Notes: a model not told the origin generated them from the sequence alone. A stretch of 64,000 bases of DNA from Thermoplasmata archaeon (GCA_030038605.1 JASHSU010000152.1:285-64284), one strand, 5' to 3'. Positions 7,548 through 18,434 are shown, counted from the first letter of the stretch. Translations and numbers: made by a program.

Positions 7548-9887
7548 CTAAAACGTCCCCCCGCTCGCGGCGGCACCGTCCAGCGCCGACTGCACGACCT
7601 GCTCCGGCGAGCGGTACGGTCCCCGTGCGACGGGTCCTCCGTACCCCCATCGGGCGAGCAGGTCGTCCCGGACGATGCCGAACGGCCCGAGCAGCGTCTC
7701 CGCGTCCCGGGCGAGGAGCTCCAGGTACGCGTCCGGGTCGTACCCCTCGTGGCCGTCCAGCAGTTCCTCCGGCCGGACCCGGTCCCGGTAGGAGCGGCTC
7801 GTCCGGTCGAGGATGACGTAGCGGACCGTCTGCCCCGCCTCCCGGCGCACGCCCTCCCGCTCGAGCTGGCGGAGGGCCGCCACCGAGTCGGTGAACGTGA
7901 CGAAGGCGTCGCTCGCCTGCCCGAGCCGGTGCGTGATGACGAGCTCGTCGACCGGCCAGGTCCCGGCGCGGACCTGCGCGGCGAAATCGTCGGCCCGCCG
8001 CAGCGCGACCGGCAGGAGCGCCCGGAACGCGTCCGGTCCCCCCGCCGGACCGAACAGGTTCAGCATCTCTCCCTCGAACCGGCGGACGAGCCCGGTCGTG
8101 TCGTGCCGGCGGCCCCCGATCCCCCGGAGCTTGAACTCGCCGCTCTCGTAGACGCCGTAGTAGCGGTTCGGGACGCCGAGCCCGTGGGTCACGGCTGGCA
8201 GGAAGACGATCCACCGGTACCGGCCCTCGTAGCCGAGCGGCAGCCCGGTCCGCGCGCTCACCGACCGCGCGAACCCCTCGGGGTCCGGCGGGTGCGTGGG
8301 GTCGGTCGGGGCGAGCCAGAGCGAGTCGACGATCCCGTGCACGACCCGGTACCCGGCCCGCTCCGCGGCCGGTACCAGGTCGGCCAGCAGCTCGCGGGCG
8401 TAGGCGTTGATCGCCTCGTGGCACTCGATCCGGCCGAACCGGGCGTTCCGGTACCCCTGGTAGCCGAACGCGGTCACGAGGATCCACTTGAGCATCTTGA
8501 CCCGGCCGACCAGGCGCGCCCGTTCCTCGGCCGGGAGGTGCGGGTCCTTGACCGCCGCCTTGTAGGCGAGCCGCCGGGCGAGCAGCGGCTCCAACGTGCG
8601 CGGGATGAGCCCGACCGTCCGGGTGCACGAGCGGTAGCCGAGCCCCGGCGCCCGGATCGGGCTGGTCGGGCAGCACCGGCACTCGAGCGTCTCCGCCGAG
8701 AGGTTCTTCCGGACCATGATGTGGGGAAAGAGGCTCGCGAAGTCGAACTCGTCCACCGGGCCGAAGACGCCGACCGGCGGGACGAAGATCACGCCGCCCC
8801 GGTCGGCGGCGACCAGGCGGTCCGCGCGGCGGAACGACTCGGGCCGGTTCTTCTTCCACGGCACGTGGAACCCGCGGCGGAGCGCCTCGGCCATCTCCAT
8901 CGCGGTGAAGCACGTCCCGGGCGACTGGCGCGCGACGGTCGAGAGGGAGAGACGGGAGAGCCGTGCCGCGTCCACGAGGCCGGCCAGGTCGGCGTCGTCG
9001 AACAGGAACGAGTTCTCGCGGTCCAGGTGGAACCGGCCCGGGACCGGGTAGGTCGCCGCCCGGTAGAGGATCCGGCCGTACGTCGCGAACGAGCGGGCCG
9101 CCCGCGCCGGACGGAACCCCACGGGTTCGCGTCCGAGGGCGAAGGCGTCGGGTCCGAGGCCCAGGGCGGCGGCGCGCCGGTAGAGCCACGGCACGTCCCG
9201 CGCGTCGCCCCCGCGGGTCAGCAGCACGTCCGGGTCGGCGCGGGCGAGCTCGCCGACGAGCGCGCGGAGCAGGTCCTCCTCCGGACCCTCCAGCGTGACG
9301 TCCCCGAGCCGGACGGCGGCGACCGTCCCCTCGTTCGGTGGCAGACGGCCGTGGTGCGGGCCGGTGAGCGTCACCTCGAGACGCGCCGTGACGAGCGGGG
9401 GGAACGTGTAGTCGACCGTCTCCGCCGGCTCGGTCGCGGTGAGCCGGGCGCCCCGGCCCACGACCGGGGCGAACGGGTAGAGTCCGTGGGCCAGGTAGTA
9501 GAGCTGCGGCGGCCCCAGGTCGACGTCGAAGAGCGTGAACCGCACGAAGCCGCCGAGCGTGTCGACCGTGCGGGCGAGGGCACGGCGCTGCGCGTTCCGG
9601 ACCGGCACGACCTCGAGCACGGTCCGCGGACGGTGGTCGAAGACCGACGGGCGGAGGACGACCGGGCGCACGCGCTCGACCGTCGGACGCCCCGCGAGGC
9701 GCGGGAGGAGGTCGGTGAGGTCGCGCCGCGACCCCGCGACGTAGAACGGCGGCCGGTACTCGACCGCGGTGCGCCGCACGCGGCCGGTCGTCCGCTCCTT
9801 CGTCCAGAGGACGACCGAGCGGCCGTCCGAGCTCTCCGTGATGTCGAGGAGCCAGGCGTCCGGGAGCGGCCCGGCGGCGCCGGTCAC
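7548..9887 (-). CDS. polB2: Family B DNA polymerase, PolB2 (Dpo2-like) group
   Basis: Motif A DFASLFPHIM, motif B KWILVTAFGYQGY, degenerate motif C HGIVDSLW; no recognisable proofreading exonuclease motifs. Confidence 0.88.
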   Translation of the reverse strand: MTGAAGPLPDAWLLDITESSDGRSVVLWTKERTTGRVRRTAVEYRPPFYVAGSRRDLTDLLPRLAGRPTVERVRPVVLRPSVFDHRPRTVLEVVPVRNAQRRALARTVDTLGGFVRFTLFDVDLGPPQLYYLAHGLYPFAPVVGRGARLTATEPAETVDYTFPPLVTARLEVTLTGPHHGRLPPNEGTVAAVRLGDVTLEGPEEDLLRALVGELARADPDVLLTRGGDARDVPWLYRRAAALGLGPDAFALGREPVGFRPARAARSFATYGRILYRAATYPVPGRFHLDRENSFLFDDADLAGLVDAARLSRLSLSTVARQSPGTCFTAMEMAEALRRGFHVPWKKNRPESFRRADRLVAADRGGVIFVPPVGVFGPVDEFDFASLFPHIMVRKNLSAETLECRCCPTSPIRAPGLGYRSCTRTVGLIPRTLEPLLARRLAYKAAVKDPHLPAEERARLVGRVKMLKWILVTAFGYQGYRNARFGRIECHEAINAYARELLADLVPAAERAGYRVVHGIVDSLWLAPTDPTHPPDPEGFARSVSARTGLPLGYEGRYRWIVFLPAVTHGLGVPNRYYGVYESGEFKLRGIGGRRHDTTGLVRRFEGEMLNLFGPAGGPDAFRALLPVALRRADDFAAQVRAGTWPVDELVITHRLGQASDAFVTFTDSVAALRQLEREGVRREAGQTVRYVILDRTSRSYRDRVRPEELLDGHEGYDPDAYLELLARDAETLLGPFGIVRDDLLARWGYGGPVARGPYRSPEQVVQSALDGAAASGGTF

Positions 9888-10138
9888 CGGCGCGGCGCCG
9901 GGGCCGTCCCGTCCGCCGGCAGCCGGCGGGCCAGGTCCAGGAGGACGGAGAGGAGGATCGACTCCAGGAGGTCGGGGCTCCCCACGTACGTCGCCTGGGC
10001 GACGTAGCGCCGGGCGCCGAGGCGGAGCGTCTCGAACGCCGCCCGCTCCTCGGGCGTCGTCAGGAGGCGCGCGAACTCGTCCCAGCGCTTCAGCCGCTCC
10101 TCGAGGGCCTGCCGGTAGGTCGGGACGGTGCGTCCCAC
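9884..10138 (-). CDS. Small helical PolB2-associated protein (arCOG07300-like)
   Basis: GTG start: MGRTVPTYRQALEERLKRWDEFARLL...LESILLSVLLDL; GTGA overlap with the polB2 start. Confidence 0.75.
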   Translation of the reverse strand: MGRTVPTYRQALEERLKRWDEFARLLTTPEERAAFETLRLGARRYVAQATYVGSPDLLESILLSVLLDLARRLPADGTAPAPRR

Positions 10139-10956
10139 GCGATCACCTCCCCGGCGGCTCCGCCGCCGAACTCCTCGATGCCCCGCTGGCCGGGCGGTCG
10201 CGCGACCAGCCGCAGGTGCGCGTCGTCCCGGAGGGCCCGGAGCGTGAGCGAGCCCGGGGCCCGGGCGAACGTCACCAGGTCGCACCAGAGCGGCCCGGCG
10301 TCCCCCAGGCCGGGAAAGCTGGCCGCCCCGGTCGGGTCGAGGGTCAGGAGGAGGGGAAGGCGCAGCGACTCGGCCAGCGTGCGGAGCGATCCCGCGACGT
10401 GGCGGAGGAGCGACGCGCGCTCGTCCGGCGGGACGTCGTCGATGGAGAAGGCGGCCGGCAGGTCGTGGCCGACGAGCAGGGTCGGCGGGTGGCGGCGGGC
10501 CTCGGCCGACCAGGCGTCCACGAGCGCGACCATCTGGTAGGCGGTGAACGAGCGGGCGAGGCGGATCCGTCGCAGGACCTCGGCGGCGTCCACGCCGAGC
10601 CCCCGGCCGACCTCGCCGAGCCGGTAGGGCAGGAAGTGGTTCGCCCCCTCGAGCAGCGAGATGCGGCCGCGACCGAGCGCGTTGCCGGCGTAGAGGAGCT
10701 CCAGGATGGGGTCGAGGGCGGCGCGCGGGCCGGTCCAGAGCGTGAGCTGGCCCGGCGCGAACCGACGGGCGAGCCACGGGAACAGCGCGGGCGCGGACGG
10801 CAGACCGGCGAGCGGACGGGCCTGGCGGGGCCGCGGCGCGAGCCGGATGCGGACGGGCAGTCGCGGCGGGCGGACCCGCGTCGTCTCGGGGACGAACGGG
10901 ACCGGCTCGCTCGTCTCCTCGAACAGCGGGGACGGAAGGGGGAACGTATCGAGCAT
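10090..10956 (-). CDS. Inactivated RadA/RecA-like protein associated with PolB2
   Basis: PGQLTLWTGP (P-loop lost), EGANHFLPYRL, VLRRIRLARSFTAYQM; typical PolB2 context. Confidence 0.78.
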   Translation of the reverse strand: MLDTFPLPSPLFEETSEPVPFVPETTRVRPPRLPVRIRLAPRPRQARPLAGLPSAPALFPWLARRFAPGQLTLWTGPRAALDPILELLYAGNALGRGRISLLEGANHFLPYRLGEVGRGLGVDAAEVLRRIRLARSFTAYQMVALVDAWSAEARRHPPTLLVGHDLPAAFSIDDVPPDERASLLRHVAGSLRTLAESLRLPLLLTLDPTGAASFPGLGDAGPLWCDLVTFARAPGSLTLRALRDDAHLRLVARPPGQRGIEEFGGGAAGEVIAWDAPSRPTGRPSRSG

Positions 10957-11052
10957 CGCCGACCGGGACCGTTCGACGGCCGCGGCGGCTCTAAAGCGAC
11001 CGCTCGGGGGATGTTGAAACGGGTCGGGAACGGCCCGTTCCCGGGCGCCGCC

Positions 11053-11817
11053 TCAGTCCAGTCGGGACCGGCTCGCGGGTCGGGACAGCCCCAGCAGTTC
11101 GGAGAGCGATCGGGCGTTCACGGCCGCATCCCCGCGGAAATGGTTGTTGAAGAATCCGTAGACGACGTCGACCTTCTCGGCGAGCGTCCGGACCTGGGGC
11201 GCCCACGCCTCCAGTTGGGACGGCGTGTAGGTGTAGTCGTACCAGAGCGGGGCGCCGTGCCCGTGCCACCGCACGTAGGCGAACGGCGCCGTCACCTCGA
11301 GCTGCGCCGGCAGGTGGGGCTCGTCGGCGACGACGTAGGCGAACCCGAACTCCCGGAGCAACTCGAACGACGCCGGCACGACCCAGGACCGCTCCCGGAA
11401 CTCGACCGCGACCGGCAGGTCCCGCGGCAGGGAGGCGTAGAACGCCCGCACCGTGGCGGGCTCGAACGGGAGCGACGGCGGCAGCTGCAGGAGCGCCGCC
11501 ACGAACTTGCCGGCCCGGCGCATCGGGTCGAGCACGGCCAGGAACCGGCGGACCTCCTCGTCGGTCCCGACCAGGCGGAGGTCGTGCGTGATCGTCTGGG
11601 GAAACTTCGCCGCGAACCGGAACGAGGGCGGCGTCCTCCGTACCCACGACTCGGCGACGGCCGGGGGCGGCAGCCGGTAGAACGTCGAGTTGACCTCGAC
11701 GATTGGGAAGAGACCGGCATAGTACCGCAACCGGTCCGACGTCCCGTGCTTGGGGTAGACCCGCCCGACCCACTCCGGATAGTCCCAGCCACTCGTCCCG
11801 AGCCGGATGTCGCCCAC
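11053..11817 (-). CDS. DUF72 (YecE-like) TIM-barrel protein
   Basis: IRLGTSGWDY, VEVNSTFY, LLQLPPS, VAVEFR, YVRWHG, FFNNH. Confidence 0.92.
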   Translation of the reverse strand: MGDIRLGTSGWDYPEWVGRVYPKHGTSDRLRYYAGLFPIVEVNSTFYRLPPPAVAESWVRRTPPSFRFAAKFPQTITHDLRLVGTDEEVRRFLAVLDPMRRAGKFVAALLQLPPSLPFEPATVRAFYASLPRDLPVAVEFRERSWVVPASFELLREFGFAYVVADEPHLPAQLEVTAPFAYVRWHGHGAPLWYDYTYTPSQLEAWAPQVRTLAEKVDVVYGFFNNHFRGDAAVNARSLSELLGLSRPASRSRLD

Positions 11818-11850
11818 GGTCCGTCCGTCCGCCGAACGGCCCGGACCGGG

Positions 11851-12555
11851 TTAACCTCTGTCGGGAGGTCGCGAAACGCCCGCCGACCGCTCCAGCGCGC
11901 GGAGGACCGGTCCGGGCCGAACGCGAACCGGCGCCGTCGGCATGCGCGGCAGGGCCCGGAGGATCCGGTCGACGACCCGCTGCGGTGACCCGCCGCCGGA
12001 CACCCACCGGAGTCGACCGCGTAGACGGGGGGCCAGGACCGTTCGGAAGATGCTCGCCTCCGTGACCGCCACGCGTTGATGCCGGCGCTGCAGCGAGGGC
12101 GGGTGGCCTCGAGGGTCGTCCCGGGCTCGTCGGCCCCGCTCCGTCTCGTGTACGCGGAGGACCAGGGTCACATCCGGCAATCCCCAGTGGTCGACCTCGA
12201 TATCCCGGCGGGCCGTCCGGAAGAGGGCGGTGAGCACGGGGGGGCTGGCCAGTCCGGCGTCCTGCAGTCCGGCGGTGTACGTCAGCGGGCCGAAGAGGCC
12301 CGTGTCGAGGACGACCCGGCGACCGGCTCGCGCGTGCCGACGGGCGAGGCGGTACCGGTGCGTCTCTTCCCAGAACAACCGCTGTTCCAGACGGAGGAGC
12401 TCGCGGTCGGACGTCCAACGCAGGGAGGGACGGGGCCGGACCCGCTCGTAGGCCTCGGCGACGTAGACGGCGCCGAGACGTTCGGCCAGGAGGCGGCTGA
12501 CCCGGGTCTTGCCGGCCGCGGAGGGGCCCTCGATCGCGATGACCTGTCCGGGCAC
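11851..12555 (-). CDS. Thymidylate/deoxynucleoside kinase-like P-loop protein
   Basis: VIAIEGPSAAGKT Walker A, VVLDTG, LPDVTLVL; GTG start 12555. Confidence 0.7.
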   Translation of the reverse strand: MPGQVIAIEGPSAAGKTRVSRLLAERLGAVYVAEAYERVRPRPSLRWTSDRELLRLEQRLFWEETHRYRLARRHARAGRRVVLDTGLFGPLTYTAGLQDAGLASPPVLTALFRTARRDIEVDHWGLPDVTLVLRVHETERGRRARDDPRGHPPSLQRRHQRVAVTEASIFRTVLAPRLRGRLRWVSGGGSPQRVVDRILRALPRMPTAPVRVRPGPVLRALERSAGVSRPPDRG

Positions 12556-12633
12556 AGGCGTCGTCCAACCGCCGGTCGGCTTTAGGGTGCGAGCCACGAC
12601 CCGACTTTTATCGCCTAGGTCGCTCGGGCGAGC

Positions 12634-13788
12634 GTGCCCCCCCGCACCGGACCCGACGGGTCCCCCCACCAGTTCGGCGCCCGAGTCGTCGGGCCCGACC
12701 GCCCCGACCCGTGGCCAGCCGTGGTGTCGGTCGCGCTGCGGCGCGTGCCCGAGGACGTGTATCCGTCCCTCCAGAGCGAGGTGGAGAACGCCGGTGGCGA
12801 GGTCCTGCCGGGCCCGTCTGACGGTTACCTGGTCGGCGGAGCGTTCGCGGTCTACGGCATCTGGGAGTCCGCGGCCGAGGAGCCCACCGTACGAGCCATC
12901 GCGGGTGAGGTGGGCCGCGCCTTGCGGGCCTACGTCCGCCACGGTACCCGCACGGTGCGTGCGGCCCATCGGACGTTCGTGGTCGGCGACCGGCCCCGGG
13001 TCCTCGGCGTCGTCAACGTGACGCCCGACTCGTTCTCCGACGGCGGGCAGTTCTTCGAGCCGGCCACCGCCGTGGCCCAGGCCCAGCGGCTGGTGGACGA
13101 GGGTGCCGACCTTCTCGACATTGGCGGCGAGTCGACGCGGCCCGGGGCGACTCCGGTCTCGCCCGAGGCCGAGTGGCGGCGCGTCGAGCCCGTGCTCCGG
13201 GGTCTGGCGGGACGAGTCGCCGTTCCGATCTCCATCGACACCCGGCATGCCGAGGTCGCCGAGCGGGCGGTGGACGCGGGGGCGGACGTCGTCAACGACG
13301 TGGAAGGTCTTCGGTCCGACGCGATGCGCGCTGCGGTCGCGCGGACTGGGGCGGCGGCGATCGTGATGCACATGCGGGGGACACCTGCCACGATGCAGGG
13401 CGACGTGACCTACGCCGACCTCCGCGGGGAGGTCTACGGCTGGCTGGCCGACCGCCTCGACGCGGCCCATGCGGACGGGATCGAGGCGGACCGCCTGCTC
13501 GTCGACCCGGGGCTGGGGTTTGGCAAGTCGCCCGAGCAGAGCCTGGAGCTCCTCGCCCACGCCCGAGAGTTCCGCGGCCTGGGCCCGCCGGTCGTGATCG
13601 GCGCCTCCCGCAAGTCGTTCCTCGGGAAGCTCACGGGCGGGACGACCCCTGGCGAACGGCTCGAGGCGGGTCTTGCGGCCGCGGTCCTCGCCGCCGCCCA
13701 GGGCGTCGAACTGGTCCGCGCGCACGACGTGCGTCCGACCGTGCGGGCGCTGTCGGTCGTCGCGGCGATGCGACCGCCGACCGACTGA
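12634..13788 (+). CDS. folP: Dihydropteroate synthase with N-terminal extension
   Basis: GVVNVTPDSFSDGG, DIGGESTRPG, DPGLGFGK, GASRKSF, RAHDV. Confidence 0.95.
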   Translation: MPPRTGPDGSPHQFGARVVGPDRPDPWPAVVSVALRRVPEDVYPSLQSEVENAGGEVLPGPSDGYLVGGAFAVYGIWESAAEEPTVRAIAGEVGRALRAYVRHGTRTVRAAHRTFVVGDRPRVLGVVNVTPDSFSDGGQFFEPATAVAQAQRLVDEGADLLDIGGESTRPGATPVSPEAEWRRVEPVLRGLAGRVAVPISIDTRHAEVAERAVDAGADVVNDVEGLRSDAMRAAVARTGAAAIVMHMRGTPATMQGDVTYADLRGEVYGWLADRLDAAHADGIEADRLLVDPGLGFGKSPEQSLELLAHAREFRGLGPPVVIGASRKSFLGKLTGGTTPGERLEAGLAAAVLAAAQGVELVRAHDVRPTVRALSVVAAMRPPTD

Positions 13789-13794
13789 GCCGGC

Positions 13795-13971
13795 TCAGCG
13801 CAGCGGCTCACCGTGCTCGTCGACCTCGATCTCGAGGACCAGCGCGCCGACATATCCGCACTTCTGACAGGTGTAGACGGCGCCGGTGATCCCCGCCGTC
13901 GCCTGGAAGATCGGCCCCGAGTTGCACTGGGGGCAGACGAGGATCCGCTTACCCCGCGTCCGGCGTCGCAT
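13795..13971 (-). CDS. Small Zn-ribbon protein (58 aa, missed by ORF track)
   Basis: Manual translation [58 protein letters not shown]; overlaps the gyrA end. Confidence 0.75.
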   Translation of the reverse strand: MRRRTRGKRILVCPQCNSGPIFQATAGITGAVYTCQKCGYVGALVLEIEVDEHGEPLR

Positions 13972-16591
13972 CGTCGTCGCCTCCCTCCGAGGTCGGGTCG
14001 GGCGCCGGCTCGGACTCCTCGTCCTCCTCGGAATCGGTCGGTTCTTCGCCCTCCGACTCCGTCGCCGGCTCGGGCGCGCCGGACTCCCCCGCGTCGTCGG
14101 GCCCGGCGGGCGGCGTCGTGGCGCCTCCGGTACCGCCCTCTTCGGGGGAAGGCAGGATAACGGCGTCGCGGACCTCGTCGCCCTCGTCCAGTCGGATGAC
14201 GCGGACCCCCATCGTGTCTCGGCCCTGGGAGCGGATCCCCTTGACCGCCATGCGGATCGTGATGCCGTTCTTGGTCGTCACCAGCATTTCGGAAGCGTCG
14301 GTCGTGGGCAGCACGGCGACGACGGAGCCGTTCCGGCCGCCGGTCTTGATCGTGCGGACCCCCTTGGCGCCGCGGGCGGTCTTGCGGTAGTCCTCGGTGG
14401 GGCTGCGCTTGCCGAACCCGCTGGACGTGAGCGTGAGCAGCGTCGGGAACTTCGCGTTCACCGGCGCCATCGCGACGACCTCGTCGCCCTTCTCCTCCGA
14501 GAGACGGACGCCGATGACGCCGTACGTCGCGCGGCCCATCGGCCGCACCTCGCCGAGCTCGAACCGGACCAACTGGCCCGCCCGGGTCGCCATGAGGATC
14601 TCGGTCGCCTCGTCGGCGACGAGCGCCACGTCGACCAGCTCGTCGCCCTCCTCGAGCAGGATCGCCTGGATGCCGTTGGTCCGGATGTTCTGGTACTGGT
14701 CGAGCGTCGTGCGTTTGACCAGGCCCCGCTTGGTCGCGAACAGGAGCGCCCCGTCACCGCCGAGGCCCCGGAGCGGCAGCAGCGTCTGGACCTTCTCGCC
14801 GGGCTTCAACTTCGGCAGGAGGTTGATGATCGCCTTGCCCTTGGACTGCCGGCTTCCCTCGGGCAGTTCGTAAGCGATGAGCCGGTAGACCCGGCCGAGC
14901 GTGGTCAAGAACAGGATGTCGTCGTGGGTCCGGGTGACGAAGGTGCGGATGACGAAGTCCTCTTCCTTCGTCTCGATCTGGCCGAGACCCCGGCCCCCGC
15001 GCCGCTGGCGCCGGTACTGTTCGAGCGGCAGGCGCTTCACGTACCCGTCGCGGGTGACGAGGACGACCACGTCCGAGTCCGGGATCAGGTCCTCGAGCGT
15101 GCGGGCGGTGAACGCCGGCACGATGCGGGTGCGCCGGGCATCGCCGTAGCGGGCCTTGAGGTCGTTCAGCTCCTCGACGATGAGGCCGTCCAGGAGCTTG
15201 GGGTCGGAGAGGATCGCCTGCAGGTGCTGGGCGAGCGCCTCTTTCTCGGCCTTCTCCGTCTCGACCGCCTCGCGCTCGAGCGCGGTCAGACGGGCGAGCC
15301 GCATGTCCAGGATCGCCTTCGCCTGCTCGGTGGAGAGCAGGAACCGGCCCATGAGGCTCGACTCGGCGGCGGGGACGTCCTTGGACCGCCGGATGATCTT
15401 GATCACTTCGTCGATGTGGTCGATGGCGGTGAGGAACCCTTCGAGCAGGTGCAGGCGCTCGGTCGTCTTTCGCAGGTCGAAGGTCGTCCGCCGCGTCAAG
15501 ATCCCGCGGCGGTGCGTCAGGTGGAGCTCGAGCAGGTCCTTGAGCGGCAGGACCCGGGGCCGGTTGTCGACCAGGCAGAGGTTGATGACACCGAAGCTGG
15601 TCTCGAGCGGCGTGTGCTCGTAGAGCCGGTTGAGGATGATCTCCGCCGGCACGTCGCGACGCAGTTCGAGGACGACGCGCGTCCCGTCGCGGTCGGATTC
15701 GTCCCGCAGCTCGGTGACGCCGTCCAGCCGCTTCGACTTCACCAGGTCGGCGATCAGCTGGAGCAGCGAGGACTTGTTGACCTCGTACGGGATCTCCGTG
15801 ATGACGATCTCGTCGCGCCCCTCGCGCTCGCGGATGTCGGCGGTGCCCCGGAGATGGACCGTGCCCCGCCCGGTCGCGTACGCCTCGCGGATCCCCTCGG
15901 AGGAGAGGTACCCGCCGCCGGGGAAATCCGGACCGGGCAGGACCTTCATGATCGCGTCCAGGTCCGACTCCGGGTGGTCGAGCAGCAGCAGCAGCGCGTC
16001 CGCGACCTCGTTGAGTCGGTGGGGTGGCATGTTGGTCGCCATGCCGACCGCGATACCGGCCGAGCCGTTCACCAGCAGGTTCGGGACCTTGGACGGAAGG
16101 ACCAGCGGCTCCTTGAGCGACCCGTCGAAGTTGTCGCCCCATTCGACCGTCTCCTTCTCCAAGTCGGCGAGGCTCTCCTCGGCGAGCGCCGAGAGCCGGG
16201 CCTCGGAGTACCGCATGGCGGCGGGCGCGTCGCCGTCGATCGAGCCGAAGTTCCCCTGCCCATCGATGAGCGGGTAGCGCAGGCTGAACGGCTGGGCCAT
16301 CCGGACCAGCGCCTCGTAAACGGCCTGGTCCCCGTGGGGATGGTACTTGCCGAGCACGTCGCCGACGGTGCGCGCGCTCTTGCGGTAGGGTCGGTCGTGG
16401 GTCGCTCCCGACTCCCACATCGACCAGAGGATGCGACGCTGGACCGGTTTCAACCCGTCCCGTCCGTCGGGCAGGGCCCGCCCGACGATGACGCTCATCG
16501 CGTAATCGATGTACGAGCGATGCATCTCGCCCTCGAGCGCGTGGTCGGTCACGCGGTCGATGGGCTTCGGAGCGGCGGGCGCCTCGCTCAT
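13949..16591 (-). CDS. gyrA: DNA gyrase subunit A
   Basis: [30 protein letters not shown], GyrA-box QRRGGRG, acidic tail. Confidence 0.97.
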   Translation of the reverse strand: MSEAPAAPKPIDRVTDHALEGEMHRSYIDYAMSVIVGRALPDGRDGLKPVQRRILWSMWESGATHDRPYRKSARTVGDVLGKYHPHGDQAVYEALVRMAQPFSLRYPLIDGQGNFGSIDGDAPAAMRYSEARLSALAEESLADLEKETVEWGDNFDGSLKEPLVLPSKVPNLLVNGSAGIAVGMATNMPPHRLNEVADALLLLLDHPESDLDAIMKVLPGPDFPGGGYLSSEGIREAYATGRGTVHLRGTADIREREGRDEIVITEIPYEVNKSSLLQLIADLVKSKRLDGVTELRDESDRDGTRVVLELRRDVPAEIILNRLYEHTPLETSFGVINLCLVDNRPRVLPLKDLLELHLTHRRGILTRRTTFDLRKTTERLHLLEGFLTAIDHIDEVIKIIRRSKDVPAAESSLMGRFLLSTEQAKAILDMRLARLTALEREAVETEKAEKEALAQHLQAILSDPKLLDGLIVEELNDLKARYGDARRTRIVPAFTARTLEDLIPDSDVVVLVTRDGYVKRLPLEQYRRQRRGGRGLGQIETKEEDFVIRTFVTRTHDDILFLTTLGRVYRLIAYELPEGSRQSKGKAIINLLPKLKPGEKVQTLLPLRGLGGDGALLFATKRGLVKRTTLDQYQNIRTNGIQAILLEEGDELVDVALVADEATEILMATRAGQLVRFELGEVRPMGRATYGVIGVRLSEEKGDEVVAMAPVNAKFPTLLTLTSSGFGKRSPTEDYRKTARGAKGVRTIKTGGRNGSVVAVLPTTDASEMLVTTKNGITIRMAVKGIRSQGRDTMGVRVIRLDEGDEVRDAVILPSPEEGGTGGATTPPAGPDDAGESGAPEPATESEGEEPTDSEEDEESEPAPDPTSEGGDDDATPDAG

Positions 16592-17979
16592 GCGGCACCG
16601 CCGAGATGGAGTTGGGCGGCGACGATCCGGTCGGCCTCGTCGAGGAACCGGTCGCGCGAGCCGGCCGGGATGGTCGCGCCGCTCGCGACCTTGTGGCCGC
16701 CGCCCTCCCCGCCGACGGCCGCGGCGGCGCGCCGCAGGGCGTCGGCGAGGTCCAGGCCCTGGGCGACCAGGCGCAGCGTGCCCCGGCCGCTCAACTTGAT
16801 CGGGCCGTTCGTGCCGCCGGAAAAGACGACAACGGGCTTGTCCGGGGGCAGGAGGTAGTTCATCGCCATGCCGGCCTGAGTCCCCGCCAGGGGAGTCTCC
16901 TGGCTCTCGAACCAGCGCAGGGCCTTCCGCTCATTTACGCCCTGCTCTTCCAACCGCACCAGCGTTCGCAGGATGCCCTGGCGCCACCGGTCCTCCTCGG
17001 TCTCGGCGCGGGTGAACGCCGACGCGTCCCCGAGCGCCATCGCGACCCCGACGCCCGGGGTGCCGGCGCGGCCGGTCGCGCTCTGCAGGTTAGAGAGTTC
17101 CTCCGCGTCGCGCTCGAGACCCGGCAGGTACCACCGCTCCTGGTCGACCATCGCGACGAACTCGGGTAGCACCCCCGTCGATTCGAGCCGGTGACGCAGG
17201 GCGGCGACGAGACGGCCGCGGGCGTCCGAGGCGAGGGACGAGGGGGGCAGCGAGGGGTCGATCTCCAGTTCACGGAGAAAGGCGTCGACGGCCGGCCGAC
17301 GTCCCGAGAGGCCACGGTAGTACGGGTCGATGCTCGCCGTCACGGCGGCACCGACCGTGGGACCCAGGAGCGCGACGCCGGGGCGGCGGACGACCAACGA
17401 CCGGCGGACCGCTTCGTCCACCAGGATCCCGTTCAGCCCCCGAAACCCACCGACATGCTGGCGGTCCCCGATCCCGCCGGAGAGTCCCCAGGGCGCGTTG
17501 TCCCAGTTGAGCGGGTCCAAGAAGACGGTGAACAACCAGGTCAGGGTCGCGGCACACATCTCCTCCATCCCGTTGACGCCCCAGTCCAGCGGGTTGACGA
17601 ACGCGACGTGCGGGGGAAGGTCCGGAGGATGGGGGGCGGAGGGGTAGGTGTGGTGGTCGAGGACGACGACCGGGAACGGGTGGCCGGGGTACAGGTCCAG
17701 CCAGGCCGCGCCGGTGTCGACAATGAGCACGGGTCCCTTCGTGGCGCCGAGCAGCGACTGCATCTTTTCGCGCTCGACGCCGATGAGCGGGCTCAACTGG
17801 ACCGGATAGCCGAGACGGCCGAAGGCGCGGACCGCGCTCGAGGCACTGGCGATCCCGTCCGCGTCGTAATGGTAGATGACCCGCCAACGGCGGGGGTTCG
17901 CGAGTACGAGCCCACGGGCCCGCTCGAATTCTCGGCCGTACTGGGGGTCCGGGACGAACGCGTCCGGGCCCGAGGGCAT
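16588..17979 (-). CDS. DHH/DHHA1 phosphoesterase (RecJ/GAN-like)
   Basis: [25 protein letters not shown]; follows rps15. Confidence 0.88.
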   Translation of the reverse strand: MPSGPDAFVPDPQYGREFERARGLVLANPRRWRVIYHYDADGIASASSAVRAFGRLGYPVQLSPLIGVEREKMQSLLGATKGPVLIVDTGAAWLDLYPGHPFPVVVLDHHTYPSAPHPPDLPPHVAFVNPLDWGVNGMEEMCAATLTWLFTVFLDPLNWDNAPWGLSGGIGDRQHVGGFRGLNGILVDEAVRRSLVVRRPGVALLGPTVGAAVTASIDPYYRGLSGRRPAVDAFLRELEIDPSLPPSSLASDARGRLVAALRHRLESTGVLPEFVAMVDQERWYLPGLERDAEELSNLQSATGRAGTPGVGVAMALGDASAFTRAETEEDRWRQGILRTLVRLEEQGVNERKALRWFESQETPLAGTQAGMAMNYLLPPDKPVVVFSGGTNGPIKLSGRGTLRLVAQGLDLADALRRAAAAVGGEGGGHKVASGATIPAGSRDRFLDEADRIVAAQLHLGGAA

Positions 17980-18434
17980 CACTCCACCTGGAGGGCCGCG
18001 CCCGCGGCGGAGTACCGCCACGTCTCGGGCAAGCGGCGCCGCTGCCGGTAGTACCGGGCCAGGCGGCGGATCCTCGACTCCATCAGAGCGAGGCCCCGGC
18101 GGTTGGAGAGGTCCTTGGGGTGGGTCGTCAGGTGGCGCTGGAGGTGGACGACGCGCTTCAACAGCGCCTGCAGGTCATCGGGGATCTCGGGCTGGACGCC
18201 CTGCTCTTTCAGGATCGCGCCCAGGCGCTTGCCCGTCACCACGCGCGCGGACGGCACCCCGTGCTGGTCCCGGAGGACGAGGCCGATGTGGGCCGCCGAC
18301 TGGCCGGCCTTGGCCAGACCGACCGCCTGCTCGACGACCTCCTCACTCGTGGTGGTCACCCATTCCGGCTTGGTGAGGGGGTAGGGACGGTGCGAGCCGG
18401 CCCGGCCCTTCCGTCCGGAGTGGATGCGCGACAT
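17979..18434 (-). CDS. rps15: 30S ribosomal protein S15 (uS15/S13e type)
   Basis: MSRIHSGRKGRAGS, IGLVLRDQHG, IPDDL, ESRIRRLARYY. Confidence 0.96.
   Translation of the reverse strand: MSRIHSGRKGRAGSHRPYPLTKPEWVTTTSEEVVEQAVGLAKAGQSAAHIGLVLRDQHGVPSARVVTGKRLGAILKEQGVQPEIPDDLQALLKRVVHLQRHLTTHPKDLSNRRGLALMESRIRRLARYYRQRRRLPETWRYSAAGAALQVE

Noticed and set aside
6852-10007. 1051-aa plus-strand ORF, and similar long ORFs such as 13886-16858, 23186-26950 and 34479-36905
   Set aside because: Antisense or alternate-frame shadows of clear genes (polB2, gyrA, carB, hps), expected at this GC content; Arg/Pro/Gly-rich with no motifs
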